Of a DNA stretch of 64,000 nucleotides, positions 19,331 to 29,459 are shown one piece after another. How positions within the stretch are numbered: the stretch's first letter is position 1; every line of letters begins with the position of its first letter. This DNA comes from a virus (lineage: Duplodnaviria > Caudoviricetes). The DNA lies in the IMG/VR virus record IMGVR_UViG_3300024229_000651; one strand, written 5' to 3'. The notes beneath the pieces are model-generated. The model made no database searches and was not told the origin of the DNA. It saw nothing but the letters and a program-made list of their open reading frames with translations. Both the position numbers and the translations under genes were made by a program.

Positions 19331-20201
19331 GAACACAATTTTTATATTAACATACTGTGAGGGTGACTTTTTTACAACGCAAGCATGGGCCAACGTAGAT
19401 CACTCTGACTATAATTTTGTTGTGCTTGACAACGGTAATCAGCAAAACGTTAAAGATTTTTGTGAGCAGAACAACTGGGAATACTATGCCTCGGAATACA
19501 ACATCGGTAGCAGTGGAGGATATAATTGGATAATCAGAGCAGCATCAATGTTAAAATTGAAACGTGCTGCACTTGTGCAAGCGGACGTAGAAATACAAGA
19601 TATTGCAACAATCAACATGCTGTTTAATCCTCACATAGAAAGGTGCGATGATACTTCAGTTTTAATGTGGCCTCAAACAGATCCTACGGGTTGGCTAACT
19701 GAACTAATGGCAGAAACAGAACGAGACTTCACATACGGTGAAGGGACACCTGTAAACTTAGGGCAAATATTTTCCTTCAATCCGGATCACATGATATATA
19801 ACCATTTGCTAAATGATGAAAATTTTGTAGTCACTCACTTTGACGATGTTGATCTTAAATATCGAATAATAAATTCAGATACAAGATTACTAAATATGGC
19901 TTGGTATCATAAAATGGAAGACAGGTGGATTGCCGATGAAGTTGGTCCTAATATAACAAACGGCTCTGTAGATGGTATGTACAAAATACATCACATTAGT
20001 GTTGAAACAAATGGCAACCACCAAGATTGGTACGAGTATAATATTGCATACTACGAGGGTAAACTTCTTAACACTCCAGAAGGTTACAAAAGACTCAATA
20101 AGTGGTCGCAAGCATCGTTACGATGGACTGAAATAGGATACCCACCGTTTCCAGTGGAATACGAACTTAATCGATGGTGGTCACAGAGGGAAAGTAAGTA
20201 A
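19314..20201 (+). CDS. GT2-like glycosyltransferase
   Basis: VVLDNG, NIGSSGGYN, VQADVE (xxD) and HFDDVDL. Confidence 0.6.
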   Translation: MQLTTKNTIFILTYCEGDFFTTQAWANVDHSDYNFVVLDNGNQQNVKDFCEQNNWEYYASEYNIGSSGGYNWIIRAASMLKLKRAALVQADVEIQDIATINMLFNPHIERCDDTSVLMWPQTDPTGWLTELMAETERDFTYGEGTPVNLGQIFSFNPDHMIYNHLLNDENFVVTHFDDVDLKYRIINSDTRLLNMAWYHKMEDRWIADEVGPNITNGSVDGMYKIHHISVETNGNHQDWYEYNIAYYEGKLLNTPEGYKRLNKWSQASLRWTEIGYPPFPVEYELNRWWSQRESK

Positions 20202-21345
20202 TATATTTCACATCACTTTTGACAGCATCAACCCGCTGTCTAATCTCATTTAAAAAATTCCAAGCCAATGGCACAATTATAACTTTATCGTGCTTCGATA
20301 ATTCGTCAATACTAACAACAGGTATTTGCATAGCTGGACTAAACAAACCTTGTTTTGCTGGACTGTCGTCTATGATAAAATCTAATTCTGTCTGTGCTGC
20401 ATTTAAAAATGTCATACCTTTTGCAGCGGCGCCGTAACCAATAACTGTGTAACCATCCTGCTTGTATTTTTCAACAGTATGCTTAAACTCGTCACATAAC
20501 GTTTTAACATTGTCAGCAAATTTTTCATAGAAAGAAAATGTGGTTCTGCCGTCAGCGTCTTCTTTTTCTTTCATTGCTATACTGTTCTGTACGTTGTACT
20601 CTTTAGATAATGTAAACAAATAACTATCCCCATGTATATCCATTATCTCAACTTTGTTCAGATACAATCCGCAACGCCCTGCTAGCCGTAACATACTACT
20701 AACACTAAAGAAGCTAATATGTTCGTGATAAACAGTATCAAATTCACCTCTTTGATACATTTGACTTTGACTGGTTTGTATATATATTTTACCAGTGTTC
20801 GTTATATTATCACTACAAGCTAATAAAAATTCATACGGGTTTGGAGTGTGGGCTAGAACGTTTTGTGCTACAATTACGTCATATTTCTTTAGATGTGTAT
20901 CGCAGGGCCAAAACCCGTGCGTTATATTGTGTACTTTGCTCGACTCTTCTAATAAATTTTCTGCAGGATCAACACCGTATGTTTTCCAACCATAGTTGCT
21001 AAATGCATTAAGCTGGGAACCATCATTGCATGCTATATCCAAAACTGTTTTAGAACTAGTATTTTCGTTTGATACTTTTTTTGCAAAATCTAAAAAATAG
21101 TCTTTTAGAGTATTGCTTGTACCGGACTTATAAATGTAATTTGCAAACAGCACAGACGGATCTACACTGTGGGACAATTGCGTATGTCCGCAAATATCAC
21201 AGTAGTTTACTGCTAACGGGTATTCATCTGTTTTAATTGGGGTGTCTGTAAAATTATTTGCTAAAGGCTGATCATGTAGATCTAAGAACTTTTCAATTTT
21301 ATCATTACTGCATGCAACACATGCTAAAAGCTCAGTACAACTCAT
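20167..21345 (-). CDS. NDP-hexose C-methyltransferase family
   Basis: CVAC...YCDIC zinc motif, LDIACNDG, YHEHISFF, GYGAAAKG. Confidence 0.88.
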   Translation of the reverse strand: MSCTELLACVACSNDKIEKFLDLHDQPLANNFTDTPIKTDEYPLAVNYCDICGHTQLSHSVDPSVLFANYIYKSGTSNTLKDYFLDFAKKVSNENTSSKTVLDIACNDGSQLNAFSNYGWKTYGVDPAENLLEESSKVHNITHGFWPCDTHLKKYDVIVAQNVLAHTPNPYEFLLACSDNITNTGKIYIQTSQSQMYQRGEFDTVYHEHISFFSVSSMLRLAGRCGLYLNKVEIMDIHGDSYLFTLSKEYNVQNSIAMKEKEDADGRTTFSFYEKFADNVKTLCDEFKHTVEKYKQDGYTVIGYGAAAKGMTFLNAAQTELDFIIDDSPAKQGLFSPAMQIPVVSIDELSKHDKVIIVPLAWNFLNEIRQRVDAVKSDVKYITYFPSVTTID

Positions 21346-21767
21346 CCCTTGTACCGTTCAGCCAAGTACTGTTCGTGTTGCTTCCACTTGCCTTTGTCTA
21401 TAAAACCCCATTCCCTTACTGAAGGACCTGGGATGAATAAAGTCCATACATCACTACCAGGCTCCAACTCAATCCGGTGAAGGCCGCGACTGCTCGAAAA
21501 GCGACAAGTAAAGGGTCTCCTCCACTTTCGCTCGCCAGTTTGTAAATGCTCCCAATACCCACCTTTAAGGATAATAGTGCAATAAGGCCAAGGGTGATCA
21601 TGTAAATCATCTGGGTCTCCTTTATGAAAGTTATGTAAGAAAATGTTAAATGGGAACCATTTTCTATCTTTTAAAAATAAATAATATCGTGTTAAGTAAG
21701 GCTCGTTATTTATACGATCCATTACAATGCGTTTTCTTCCTAATTTTTCTAGCCATTTTAAAAACAT
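21342..21767 (-). CDS. Cupin-fold phage protein
   Basis: LHDHPWPY...HRIEL...WTLF. Confidence 0.7.
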   Translation of the reverse strand: MFLKWLEKLGRKRIVMDRINNEPYLTRYYLFLKDRKWFPFNIFLHNFHKGDPDDLHDHPWPYCTIILKGGYWEHLQTGERKWRRPFTCRFSSSRGLHRIELEPGSDVWTLFIPGPSVREWGFIDKGKWKQHEQYLAERYKG

Positions 21768-21768
21768 G

Positions 21769-22464
21769 TTATTGACCTTTTAGTACTTCCCATGTGTGCT
21801 TCCAATCTCGGACATGGTATACTTGTTTACTATCTAGCAGAACTGCTAAGGGATAATCATTTCCGCCTTCGTCACATTTATCTCCATAAAAATTAATGTA
21901 ACTTATTTCGTCTATATCGAAGTCATCTAGTACTTGACTTTTATCACATCCTATAGGGAATATATCTATGCCTGTATCCCCGCCGACTTTTGCTGATAAG
22001 TCTGGAAATGTAGCTTCAAATCGTTGTGCAATATTAGCTCTCTCGTTTTGAAATGTATCATATGCTACATACATTGCTCGTTGTTCAGTGTCAGCGTTAC
22101 GTCCTACTACACTAAAGTTAACCATTCCTGTTCTAGCTTCTATATGATTGCCTGTCCTGTATTTGTAGTCCGAGGACGTTACTTCACGGGAGAGCCACGA
22201 TGCTGCATTCTTCGGTAGTACCCAATCAGTTGAATATATACGTTTGTCGCCGGTCCATACTTCATTGCCGCTACAATTATATACTCTTGCACAAGCGTTA
22301 TAAATTTCTTCGCCGACTTGCTCAACTGTCTTGGGTTTGTCAGAACCTGTTACAAGAAACACAGGATTATTTTGACAAAAATCTAAAAACCAATATCCAA
22401 ACTCTTCGTCCATTGCACATCGCGATGGGGTCAAAGTGCCGTCAACATCAAACATGTGAATCAT
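21769..22464 (-). CDS. HAD-IIB phosphomannomutase-like protein
   Basis: FDVDGTLT, VTGSD, EARTGMVNFS, FYGDKCDEGGND. Confidence 0.85.
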   Translation of the reverse strand: MIHMFDVDGTLTPSRCAMDEEFGYWFLDFCQNNPVFLVTGSDKPKTVEQVGEEIYNACARVYNCSGNEVWTGDKRIYSTDWVLPKNAASWLSREVTSSDYKYRTGNHIEARTGMVNFSVVGRNADTEQRAMYVAYDTFQNERANIAQRFEATFPDLSAKVGGDTGIDIFPIGCDKSQVLDDFDIDEISYINFYGDKCDEGGNDYPLAVLLDSKQVYHVRDWKHTWEVLKGQ

Positions 22465-22904
22465 TATTGCTGTCCTTTAGAAACCCTATTACGTAAACTT
22501 GTACTACTAAAACTGTGATCTCTTTTATTAAAATATAAATCAATGTTTCTCATAGTACAAATATCTCTTCCAGTAAAGTCACTATCCTTATACTCTATAC
22601 CTAGTATACGCACATTTATAGGTAAAGTCAATAGCATATCTTCTAAATCCTGTTCAGTGTTATATACAATGATCTCGTCTACAAATTTAACAGCACTCAA
22701 TTGTATTTGTCTTTCTATAATACTTTGTATAGGCGGATTCTTACTGTCAGGTCGATCAATAGTGGGATCATTTTGTAAGCCTACAATAAGAAAATCACAG
22801 TGACGTTTTGCTTCTTCTAACATAGTGATATGCCCAGCATGCAGGAGATCAAACGTACTACAAGTAAAACCTATTGTGCCACAATCCTTGTAGTCTAGTT
22901 TCAT
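22464..22904 (-). CDS. Cytidylyltransferase (TagD-like)
   Basis: FDLLHAGH, ERQIQL, FSSTSLR. Confidence 0.88.
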   Translation of the reverse strand: MKLDYKDCGTIGFTCSTFDLLHAGHITMLEEAKRHCDFLIVGLQNDPTIDRPDSKNPPIQSIIERQIQLSAVKFVDEIIVYNTEQDLEDMLLTLPINVRILGIEYKDSDFTGRDICTMRNIDLYFNKRDHSFSSTSLRNRVSKGQQ

Positions 22905-23338
22905 TACTGAAAATCTCTTAGCATTTTTTCAATTTCCAATGCATGTTGTTCTTCTGTGCCGATTTGGCCTCTCGCATATTCTTCCAACATTATACTAGAG
23001 TCTGCTACTTCTGTCAACAACTTTTTGTACAATCCTACCGCATGCTCTTCATGTGCAAGGCTTTCCCGTAGAATAGCTTGGACACTATGGTCATGGCTTT
23101 CTTCTATTTGCGCAATACGCTGACTAGGATGTCCGTTAAATCCACTAATAAACTCTCCTGCTTGTAAAGCATGAGCCAAACTTTCATTTGCTTGCTCCTG
23201 CAAAAAGGTTACAATTGGCTGTCTATACGGGCCTGTGATCATTAGCGAGCTGTGTGCATATCGTACGACACCTGCCATTTCATATTCCACAATCTCATTG
23301 AGGATCTCGTTAACTGCCAGTCTGTTAAGTGTTTTCAT
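22904..23338 (-). CDS. Bacterioferritin/ferritin-like protein
   Basis: Ferroxidase ligands E(MAG), ESLAH, E(EHA), EEQH; the heme-ligating Met is apparently absent. Confidence 0.82.
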   Translation of the reverse strand: MKTLNRLAVNEILNEIVEYEMAGVVRYAHSSLMITGPYRQPIVTFLQEQANESLAHALQAGEFISGFNGHPSQRIAQIEESHDHSVQAILRESLAHEEHAVGLYKKLLTEVADSSIMLEEYARGQIGTEEQHALEIEKMLRDFQ

Positions 23339-23340
23339 TT

Positions 23341-24120
23341 CTAGTTACTCTCTCCGTTGTAATATTCGAGACGTTCAATGTCATCTTCGTTTGTTTCTTG
23401 GCCATATTGTATTTCTATAATATGGCAAGGTTGTTCATAGGGATTGTATGCTTGATGCCAGTCACCTTGTCTGACATGAAACAATTCATCTTTTTTAAGT
23501 GTATGTATGGAAAACTGGGTATGGTGACGGAATGCATGTTTGACATTGATCATGCCCTTACTCACAAACCACATTTCGGAACGTTTGAAATGGCGCTGGT
23601 AACTGATACCCTTGCCCGGCTCAATTATTAGTTCTTTTACACGCACAACATCATCATGGAATATGTCACTAAACTCGCCCCATACTCTGCGTACAGTTGG
23701 ATATTGCCATTCCTTTAGTATCCAACTACTGCTATTGGCTTTGTTATCGCCACCGACAGCAAATTCAAACTCGTAACCGTCGACATCCATTTCTGGTATG
23801 TTGTCTTTGCCTCTGTCACCACCATTACAAAATACATATTCATGGTCGTGTCCATACTCGTCTCTAATCTGCACTAGACCCGCAGTGACGCTGTCGTCGC
23901 TGTCATTTACTGCAAATACTTTATCTACCATATCCATTCTTTCGATGATAGTAGAACGCTCAGTAAAGGGCATGAATGGTCTACCCTTCTTCCGGGTTAA
24001 CCATTCGTCACTGTTGACTAGTACGACTAGTACATCGCCGTGCTCGGCTGCTGATTGTAAGTAATGGATATGCCCTGAATGTAAAGGATCGAATCCTCCA
24101 CTAACGACAGATATTTTCAC
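23341..24120 (-). CDS. Cytidylyltransferase fused to mannose-6-P-isomerase-like cupin
   Basis: SGGFDPLHSGH, NGGDR; RVWG...SYQRHFKRSEMW...IIEIQYG. Confidence 0.85.
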   Translation of the reverse strand: MKISVVSGGFDPLHSGHIHYLQSAAEHGDVLVVLVNSDEWLTRKKGRPFMPFTERSTIIERMDMVDKVFAVNDSDDSVTAGLVQIRDEYGHDHEYVFCNGGDRGKDNIPEMDVDGYEFEFAVGGDNKANSSSWILKEWQYPTVRRVWGEFSDIFHDDVVRVKELIIEPGKGISYQRHFKRSEMWFVSKGMINVKHAFRHHTQFSIHTLKKDELFHVRQGDWHQAYNPYEQPCHIIEIQYGQETNEDDIERLEYYNGESN

Positions 24121-24131
24121 AGTTACCTCTG

Positions 24132-24530
24132 TTATTTTTTCTTTATGCGTTGACGAAGACGATCCTGTTGTTCTCTAACCGGCTTCATTTTCTTTTTGGT
24201 TTTAAGATGTTTTAATCCACTAGTAGCATACTGCACATGTTCACCAGATATTTCCTTCTCTGTGACTGATCTCTGCCACCGCTTTGCAGCTTGTGCCTTT
24301 GATCTGCGCTTAGTTTCGCTTGGCTTTTCGTAATACATATTTTTTGATATAGTCTTCTGAAAGTCATCACGCTCTAATCTCTTTTTTAGAATTCGTAGTG
24401 CTTTACCTACATCGCCGCCTCGGACTTCGACCCCAGGTTTAAAATAATCAAAAAAGTTTTCTTTTGGTCTTGTGTCGTTACCCTTATTATTCCAAGACTT
24501 GGAATAATTGTTATTCTTATGTTTGTTCAA
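24132..24530 (-). CDS. rpsU: Ribosomal protein bS21 with N- and C-terminal extensions
   Basis: VEVRGGDVGKALRILKK...YYEKPSETKRR. Confidence 0.8.
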   Translation of the reverse strand: MNKHKNNNYSKSWNNKGNDTRPKENFFDYFKPGVEVRGGDVGKALRILKKRLERDDFQKTISKNMYYEKPSETKRRSKAQAAKRWQRSVTEKEISGEHVQYATSGLKHLKTKKKMKPVREQQDRLRQRIKKK

Positions 24531-25791
24531 TTTGTCCTCTCAATAAAACAGTGTAATGTTTGTCTATTTCTTCTACTCCGTTACTATAAACGAGAGTAGG
24601 CGCCGGCATATCACTTATCTTTGGGTATTGATTAAAAATTACTTTTGTGACACCAGCGTCTTGTAATTCGGGTGCTCTATACATGATACTGTGTAAACTT
24701 GCTTCCACAATGCTGCGTATACCTCGAGCGCCTATACCCTTTGAATGAGCAATTTCTGATACTGTTTTATAATAGCTATCAGAAAACTCTAATTCTATAT
24801 TATCCATTAAAAGCAAGTTCTTGGATTCTTTTATAACACTAACATCCGACGATGTCATTATTTCAATCATGTCATCCTCTGCTAATTCACTTAGAGAAAC
24901 AATAGTAGACAACCTTCCAACAAATTCAGGTATCAACCCATATGTTATCAAGTCTTTATGTGAAATAGACTGCCTCCAACTAGCTTTGTCTGTATTACTT
25001 ATATCTGCGCCGAAACCAATACTACGTTTATTGAACCTAGCATTAACTGTTTTTTCCAAACCAACAAAAGCGCCACTGCAGATAAAAAGTACATTGCTAG
25101 TATCGAATTCGACAAAGCCATCAGATTTTTTACTGCTAGGCATAGGCACTTTGATGACAGTGCCTTCTATAAGTCTCAACAACGCCTGTTGTACGCCCTC
25201 ACCACTGATATCTTTTGTAGACGAGTTTGATTCGCTACTTCTAGATTTTTTATCTATCTCGTCTATAAATATTATACCTTGTTGTGCACGTTTTACATCC
25301 CAGTCGCAAATGTTAAGTAATCTCTCTACAACACTTTCAACATCCTCTCCAACATAACCCGCTTCTGTAAGAGTAGTTGCATCAGCAATTGCAAACGGCA
25401 CAGACAGTACTGTTGCCAGTGTTTGCGCTAATAGTGTTTTGCCGCTACCTGTGGGGCCGATCATTAACACATTGCTCTTGCCTATTTTGGCATCACCAGC
25501 TTCCAAACTAGATATACGCTTGTAATGATTATACGAAGCTATACTTAGAATTTTCTTTGCTGTTGTTTGGCTAATTATTGTTCGGTCTAATCTATCACAT
25601 ATTTCAGTAGGCGATAACAGTGAACTTACTTCTTCGAGCAAATCTTCGTTGGTTGCATCGCTTAAGATGTTTGCACTGACACTTATACATTCATCGCAGA
25701 TAAATGCTACAGGACCTGCTATTAATTTGTTAACTTGGTCTCGTCTTTTGCCGCAAAAACTACACGAATAGTTCTGTTCTTGTGTACTCAT
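24517..25791 (-). CDS. clpX: ClpX ATPase
   Basis: CSFCGK zinc domain, GPTGSGKT, EAGYVGEDVE, FIDEIDK, DISGEGVQQALL, IGF loop. Confidence 0.95.
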   Translation of the reverse strand: MSTQEQNYSCSFCGKRRDQVNKLIAGPVAFICDECISVSANILSDATNEDLLEEVSSLLSPTEICDRLDRTIISQTTAKKILSIASYNHYKRISSLEAGDAKIGKSNVLMIGPTGSGKTLLAQTLATVLSVPFAIADATTLTEAGYVGEDVESVVERLLNICDWDVKRAQQGIIFIDEIDKKSRSSESNSSTKDISGEGVQQALLRLIEGTVIKVPMPSSKKSDGFVEFDTSNVLFICSGAFVGLEKTVNARFNKRSIGFGADISNTDKASWRQSISHKDLITYGLIPEFVGRLSTIVSLSELAEDDMIEIMTSSDVSVIKESKNLLLMDNIELEFSDSYYKTVSEIAHSKGIGARGIRSIVEASLHSIMYRAPELQDAGVTKVIFNQYPKISDMPAPTLVYSNGVEEIDKHYTVLLRGQIEQT

Positions 25792-26201
25792 TTTTTGCTT
25801 GTATACCTCGGCTTTGTTGGCTTATCGTTATCTTCAGAAGGTAAAGGAACTGCCCAAAACCCTAACGCTCTATTTACTTCTTCTTCGCTAAGTTTTTGTA
25901 ATTTGTCGAATATATCTTTTTCGCTGAAATCTTCTTTATTAAAATCGGAATTAACAAGAAGTCTTGCAGCTTCATGCAAATAAGCATCGGGTTCAACACC
26001 GTCTTTGAGTTGCGTTAATTCTTTTTCTAACATTCGTATGCGGTCAACATACATACGTTCAGTTCTAGAAGACATGGGGACAACTACAGTCCTTTTCTCT
26101 TCTTGGCTTTCTTGCGAGTGTTTTAGCTTTATCAACGCTGTTTCATACTTTTTAAGCAAACTTTCAAAAGCAAGTTGCACTTGATTATTGTTCATTGCCA
26201 A
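25788..26201 (-). CDS. Hypothetical protein
   Basis: Overlap-coupled ORF. Confidence 0.6.
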   Translation of the reverse strand: MAMNNNQVQLAFESLLKKYETALIKLKHSQESQEEKRTVVVPMSSRTERMYVDRIRMLEKELTQLKDGVEPDAYLHEAARLLVNSDFNKEDFSEKDIFDKLQKLSEEEVNRALGFWAVPLPSEDNDKPTKPRYTSKK

Positions 26202-26430
26202 GGACGGTATGCTCTAGTTCCACAATGGACTGGGGAATTGTTAGGTCAACATCTATAGTCGGCTCTGTATTGTTTTCTTCTTCTAGCTCTGTAATTCTCT
26301 TTGCTTGAGCAGCCATGGAACTCTCAAGACTTTCTGATTTATCGATAGAGTCAGCTAAAAGTTTTAATGTATTTCCGTATTTTTCGTATAATACGTCTAA
26401 CGCTGTTTGTATTTCTTCTTTACTCGCCAT
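26185..26430 (-). CDS. Hypothetical protein
   Basis: Coupled ORF; C-terminus resembles that of the upstream gene. Confidence 0.55.
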   Translation of the reverse strand: MASKEEIQTALDVLYEKYGNTLKLLADSIDKSESLESSMAAQAKRITELEEENNTEPTIDVDLTIPQSIVELEHTVLGNEQ

Positions 26431-28060
26431 CTTGTGTTCCTTTTAATTTTTTAGATAATTCATTTTCCAAATCAATTATTGTTTGAGGTGTACCTATTTC
26501 TACATTTGTATCAGTTTCTATTATAACTTCTTTTGGTCTGTCAATCAATAATTTTTTAATTTTATCTAGTTCATTTCTCAATGCTGCACTTTCTGCTGCA
26601 GAACTTGCAGCCATAGTTATTGCTATGCTGTCTGATTCACTGTTGTCATGCGCACTGCTGTGTTCACCAGTTCCCCCCACTTGTTGTAAATGTATACTGT
26701 TGTCTGTTGTACTCCCTCCTTGGGAAGAATCTTGTAGGTTGTCTTTGTTGTCTGCCTGTCTATCAACGGCTCCCCCATTATCGGGCGAGCTGGTAATGCT
26801 GGCATCGCTATTATCGGCTGGATCTCTGTCATTGTCTGGTGCCTCACTTTCTAAATTAATTCCATATCTTATCAATGTCTGGTTCGCAGCTATTAATAGT
26901 ATCACAGCTAACGGGTCAAAAACAAACACCAACATCAGTATGAATAGTCTGACTGACTGATCTAAATAGTCAGCTGAATCATTTCCGTACAGTAGTTGTG
27001 CAACGTACTTTATAGGTCCGACTTCCTTTTCTAAAACACGTACAACGCTTTCTGCTTCAAACTTCTCATCTTTAAGTATAGCTATACCGTCATACAATGT
27101 ATCTATCTGATTGTTGTAGTCGTCGACCTGTTCTAATGTATCGTCTTGATCTTGAGCGTTTGATCCCCGCAAATTATTAATTTCAGCGTTTGCATTATCT
27201 ATAGTAGTCTGTGCTTGTTGTCTATAACGATCAATGGCGCTTTGAAAAGTTTTAATATCAGTATTAGATTGAGATCGTAATAATTGACGTTGGTCGTTAA
27301 GACTACTTTTTTGATCTATAATTTCGAGTCTTTCTGCTTGTTGGGAATCTCGTAAATCATTTGCCTGTTGTACATAATCGATAGTTTCTGTTTCGGCACG
27401 TCTGAATGCGCCGCCTGCGTCTGTTTCGATAACCTCTACACCTTTGCTTCGTAAAGTATTTACTGCAGAATCCAATGTACTCAGTCTAGTATCAATTTTT
27501 TCTTCTCTAGCATCCACACCCTGCAAATCTAAAGTTAACTGGTCTCTTACGCTTGAAATCTGTTGCTGATTATAATCTATGTCACCTTGGACTTGTTGCC
27601 AAGCGCCATCACGAATACTTTCTTGCTGTGTAATACTGCTACTTATATCAAGACCGGTATTGCCTGATAGTCCGTTTATTCTATCAGTTAATATAGATAT
27701 TTTATTTTCTTCTCTACTTATTTGACCATCTAGTCTCTCTACAGCAGCAATGGCATCACTACTAACTCCTGCTTGGTCTAAATGAGCCTTACTTAAATAT
27801 CCAAAAATGCCCATGCTTGTTATCAGCATCAACACCAAAACTGCAACTGTGAGATAAGATTTAATAAACAGTCCCGCAGTATTCCAATATCGATACAGCC
27901 AACTTGCTGTGAGCAACTTGCCTACTTCTAATGTGCCCGCCATTATAGCAATCTCTAATGCACTTGCACTAAATATTGCCATTAGTCCTTCTATACTAAA
28001 CCAGGCTGCAACGCCTGCAATAGCTAAGGATATAAATAATGTTAAGAATCCAAAAATCAT
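26420..28060 (-). CDS. Membrane-anchored long coiled-coil protein
   Basis: N-terminal TM helices (AAWFSIEGL, LEVGKL), long coiled coil, VGPIKYVA...FVFDPLA TM; start 28060, 5 nt after TAAATA. Confidence 0.75.
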   Translation of the reverse strand: MIFGFLTLFISLAIAGVAAWFSIEGLMAIFSASALEIAIMAGTLEVGKLLTASWLYRYWNTAGLFIKSYLTVAVLVLMLITSMGIFGYLSKAHLDQAGVSSDAIAAVERLDGQISREENKISILTDRINGLSGNTGLDISSSITQQESIRDGAWQQVQGDIDYNQQQISSVRDQLTLDLQGVDAREEKIDTRLSTLDSAVNTLRSKGVEVIETDAGGAFRRAETETIDYVQQANDLRDSQQAERLEIIDQKSSLNDQRQLLRSQSNTDIKTFQSAIDRYRQQAQTTIDNANAEINNLRGSNAQDQDDTLEQVDDYNNQIDTLYDGIAILKDEKFEAESVVRVLEKEVGPIKYVAQLLYGNDSADYLDQSVRLFILMLVFVFDPLAVILLIAANQTLIRYGINLESEAPDNDRDPADNSDASITSSPDNGGAVDRQADNKDNLQDSSQGGSTTDNSIHLQQVGGTGEHSSAHDNSESDSIAITMAASSAAESAALRNELDKIKKLLIDRPKEVIIETDTNVEIGTPQTIIDLENELSKKLKGTQDGE

Positions 28061-28133
28061 AACTGTATTTATCTGATAAAATGCTGTTATATTATATTCT
28101 TGAAGTTTAAAACGGAGTAATAAACACACTTAC

Positions 28134-29366
28134 ATGCAATTTTATCACTATAAAGGAATGAAACTTTCAACAATAGTTATTGATCCCAGCTCTAACGAGG
28201 CACTAAATTTAATAGATGAGCAGAAAGCAGATGACAAGTATTGGTGCCGATGGCGCTTTCATAGTTTTTTCGAATCGCCGAATGATTGGCGAATTACTCA
28301 GTTACTATCAGAAAGTGCACTTAATCACATCATAAATTGCAGTCAGGATCTAGATGACCGAACAGGACATTTTATATATTTAGACGATTTTTTATCAAAT
28401 GATTTTGACGACACATATTACTTCGAAATACCCATGAGTCTTTGGTATATATTGAAGGATCGCAAAAGGGTGTTTGCTAATAAAAATATAGTTCTATCAC
28501 AACCTGCTGAATGTTTCTTTGTAGGGCTAAAATGTGACCAACTGTATTACCCTTCGTTGATAGAGCAAGACCCCACCGTTCTCACAGATCTTTCTGCATG
28601 CAAATCTGCATCAGTTGTGTGGGATAACATAGATCCTCGAAACAGCGAAAGATTCCCTGATATCAATTGGATACCTGGCAACATCTGGCTTGCTGAATAT
28701 GCTCATAGACAGCACACCTTCACAGATAACATAATTACACATAGAAAACAACTCAGGGAAAATGTGTTAAAAGATAAAAAACATAACTTTGTTGCATTAC
28801 TAGGTAAGACTAAAAAGCATCGTGTCGATTTTGCACAGAAGGTACTAGAACAGAATTTACATCTGGATAATGAAGTAGGAACAAACTTCAGAGAAGAGCA
28901 TGACGACTATGCATCTTTTTGTCTAAAGTACGAGAAAGATAATAATTTCCAATATTGCAACGACCGAGACATGGCGCCAGAATGGTATCAAGATTGTAAG
29001 GTTTGGATATCACTTGAAACAGCATATAATGACTTAGAAATACCATCTGATGGATTGCAATTTTCTCAACTAACAGAAAAAACGTTTAAACCCATGGCAT
29101 ACGGTATGCCTTTCTTAGTCAATGGTGGATATGGTATTTTTGATTACATAGAGGAATTAGGTTTTAAAACCTTTAAAGATGTTTTTGGTGACTATACTGG
29201 GTCGACATACGAAGAAACAAATAACAACATAATAGAGATATTAAAAAATCTAGATTCGTATAATTGGGATTTGGTCGCTGATCATTGTGAACACAATTAT
29301 GATGTGTTGATGCATTGGACAAAGATTAAAGTATTGGATTTATATCTAGATAAACTTATGAGGTAG
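28134..29366 (+). CDS. Hypothetical protein with GT10/GT-B-like C-terminal domain
   Basis: WISLET...LTEKTFKPMAYGMPF...LGFKTF. Confidence 0.55.
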   Translation: MQFYHYKGMKLSTIVIDPSSNEALNLIDEQKADDKYWCRWRFHSFFESPNDWRITQLLSESALNHIINCSQDLDDRTGHFIYLDDFLSNDFDDTYYFEIPMSLWYILKDRKRVFANKNIVLSQPAECFFVGLKCDQLYYPSLIEQDPTVLTDLSACKSASVVWDNIDPRNSERFPDINWIPGNIWLAEYAHRQHTFTDNIITHRKQLRENVLKDKKHNFVALLGKTKKHRVDFAQKVLEQNLHLDNEVGTNFREEHDDYASFCLKYEKDNNFQYCNDRDMAPEWYQDCKVWISLETAYNDLEIPSDGLQFSQLTEKTFKPMAYGMPFLVNGGYGIFDYIEELGFKTFKDVFGDYTGSTYEETNNNIIEILKNLDSYNWDLVADHCEHNYDVLMHWTKIKVLDLYLDKLMR

Positions 29367-29459
29367 CGGCCCATTCGTCAATGGGCATACCACTTTCTAA
29401 TCTATAGTATTATATCATATACACTGCTATTGCTCGTCAGCGGGCAAACAGTTACGCCG

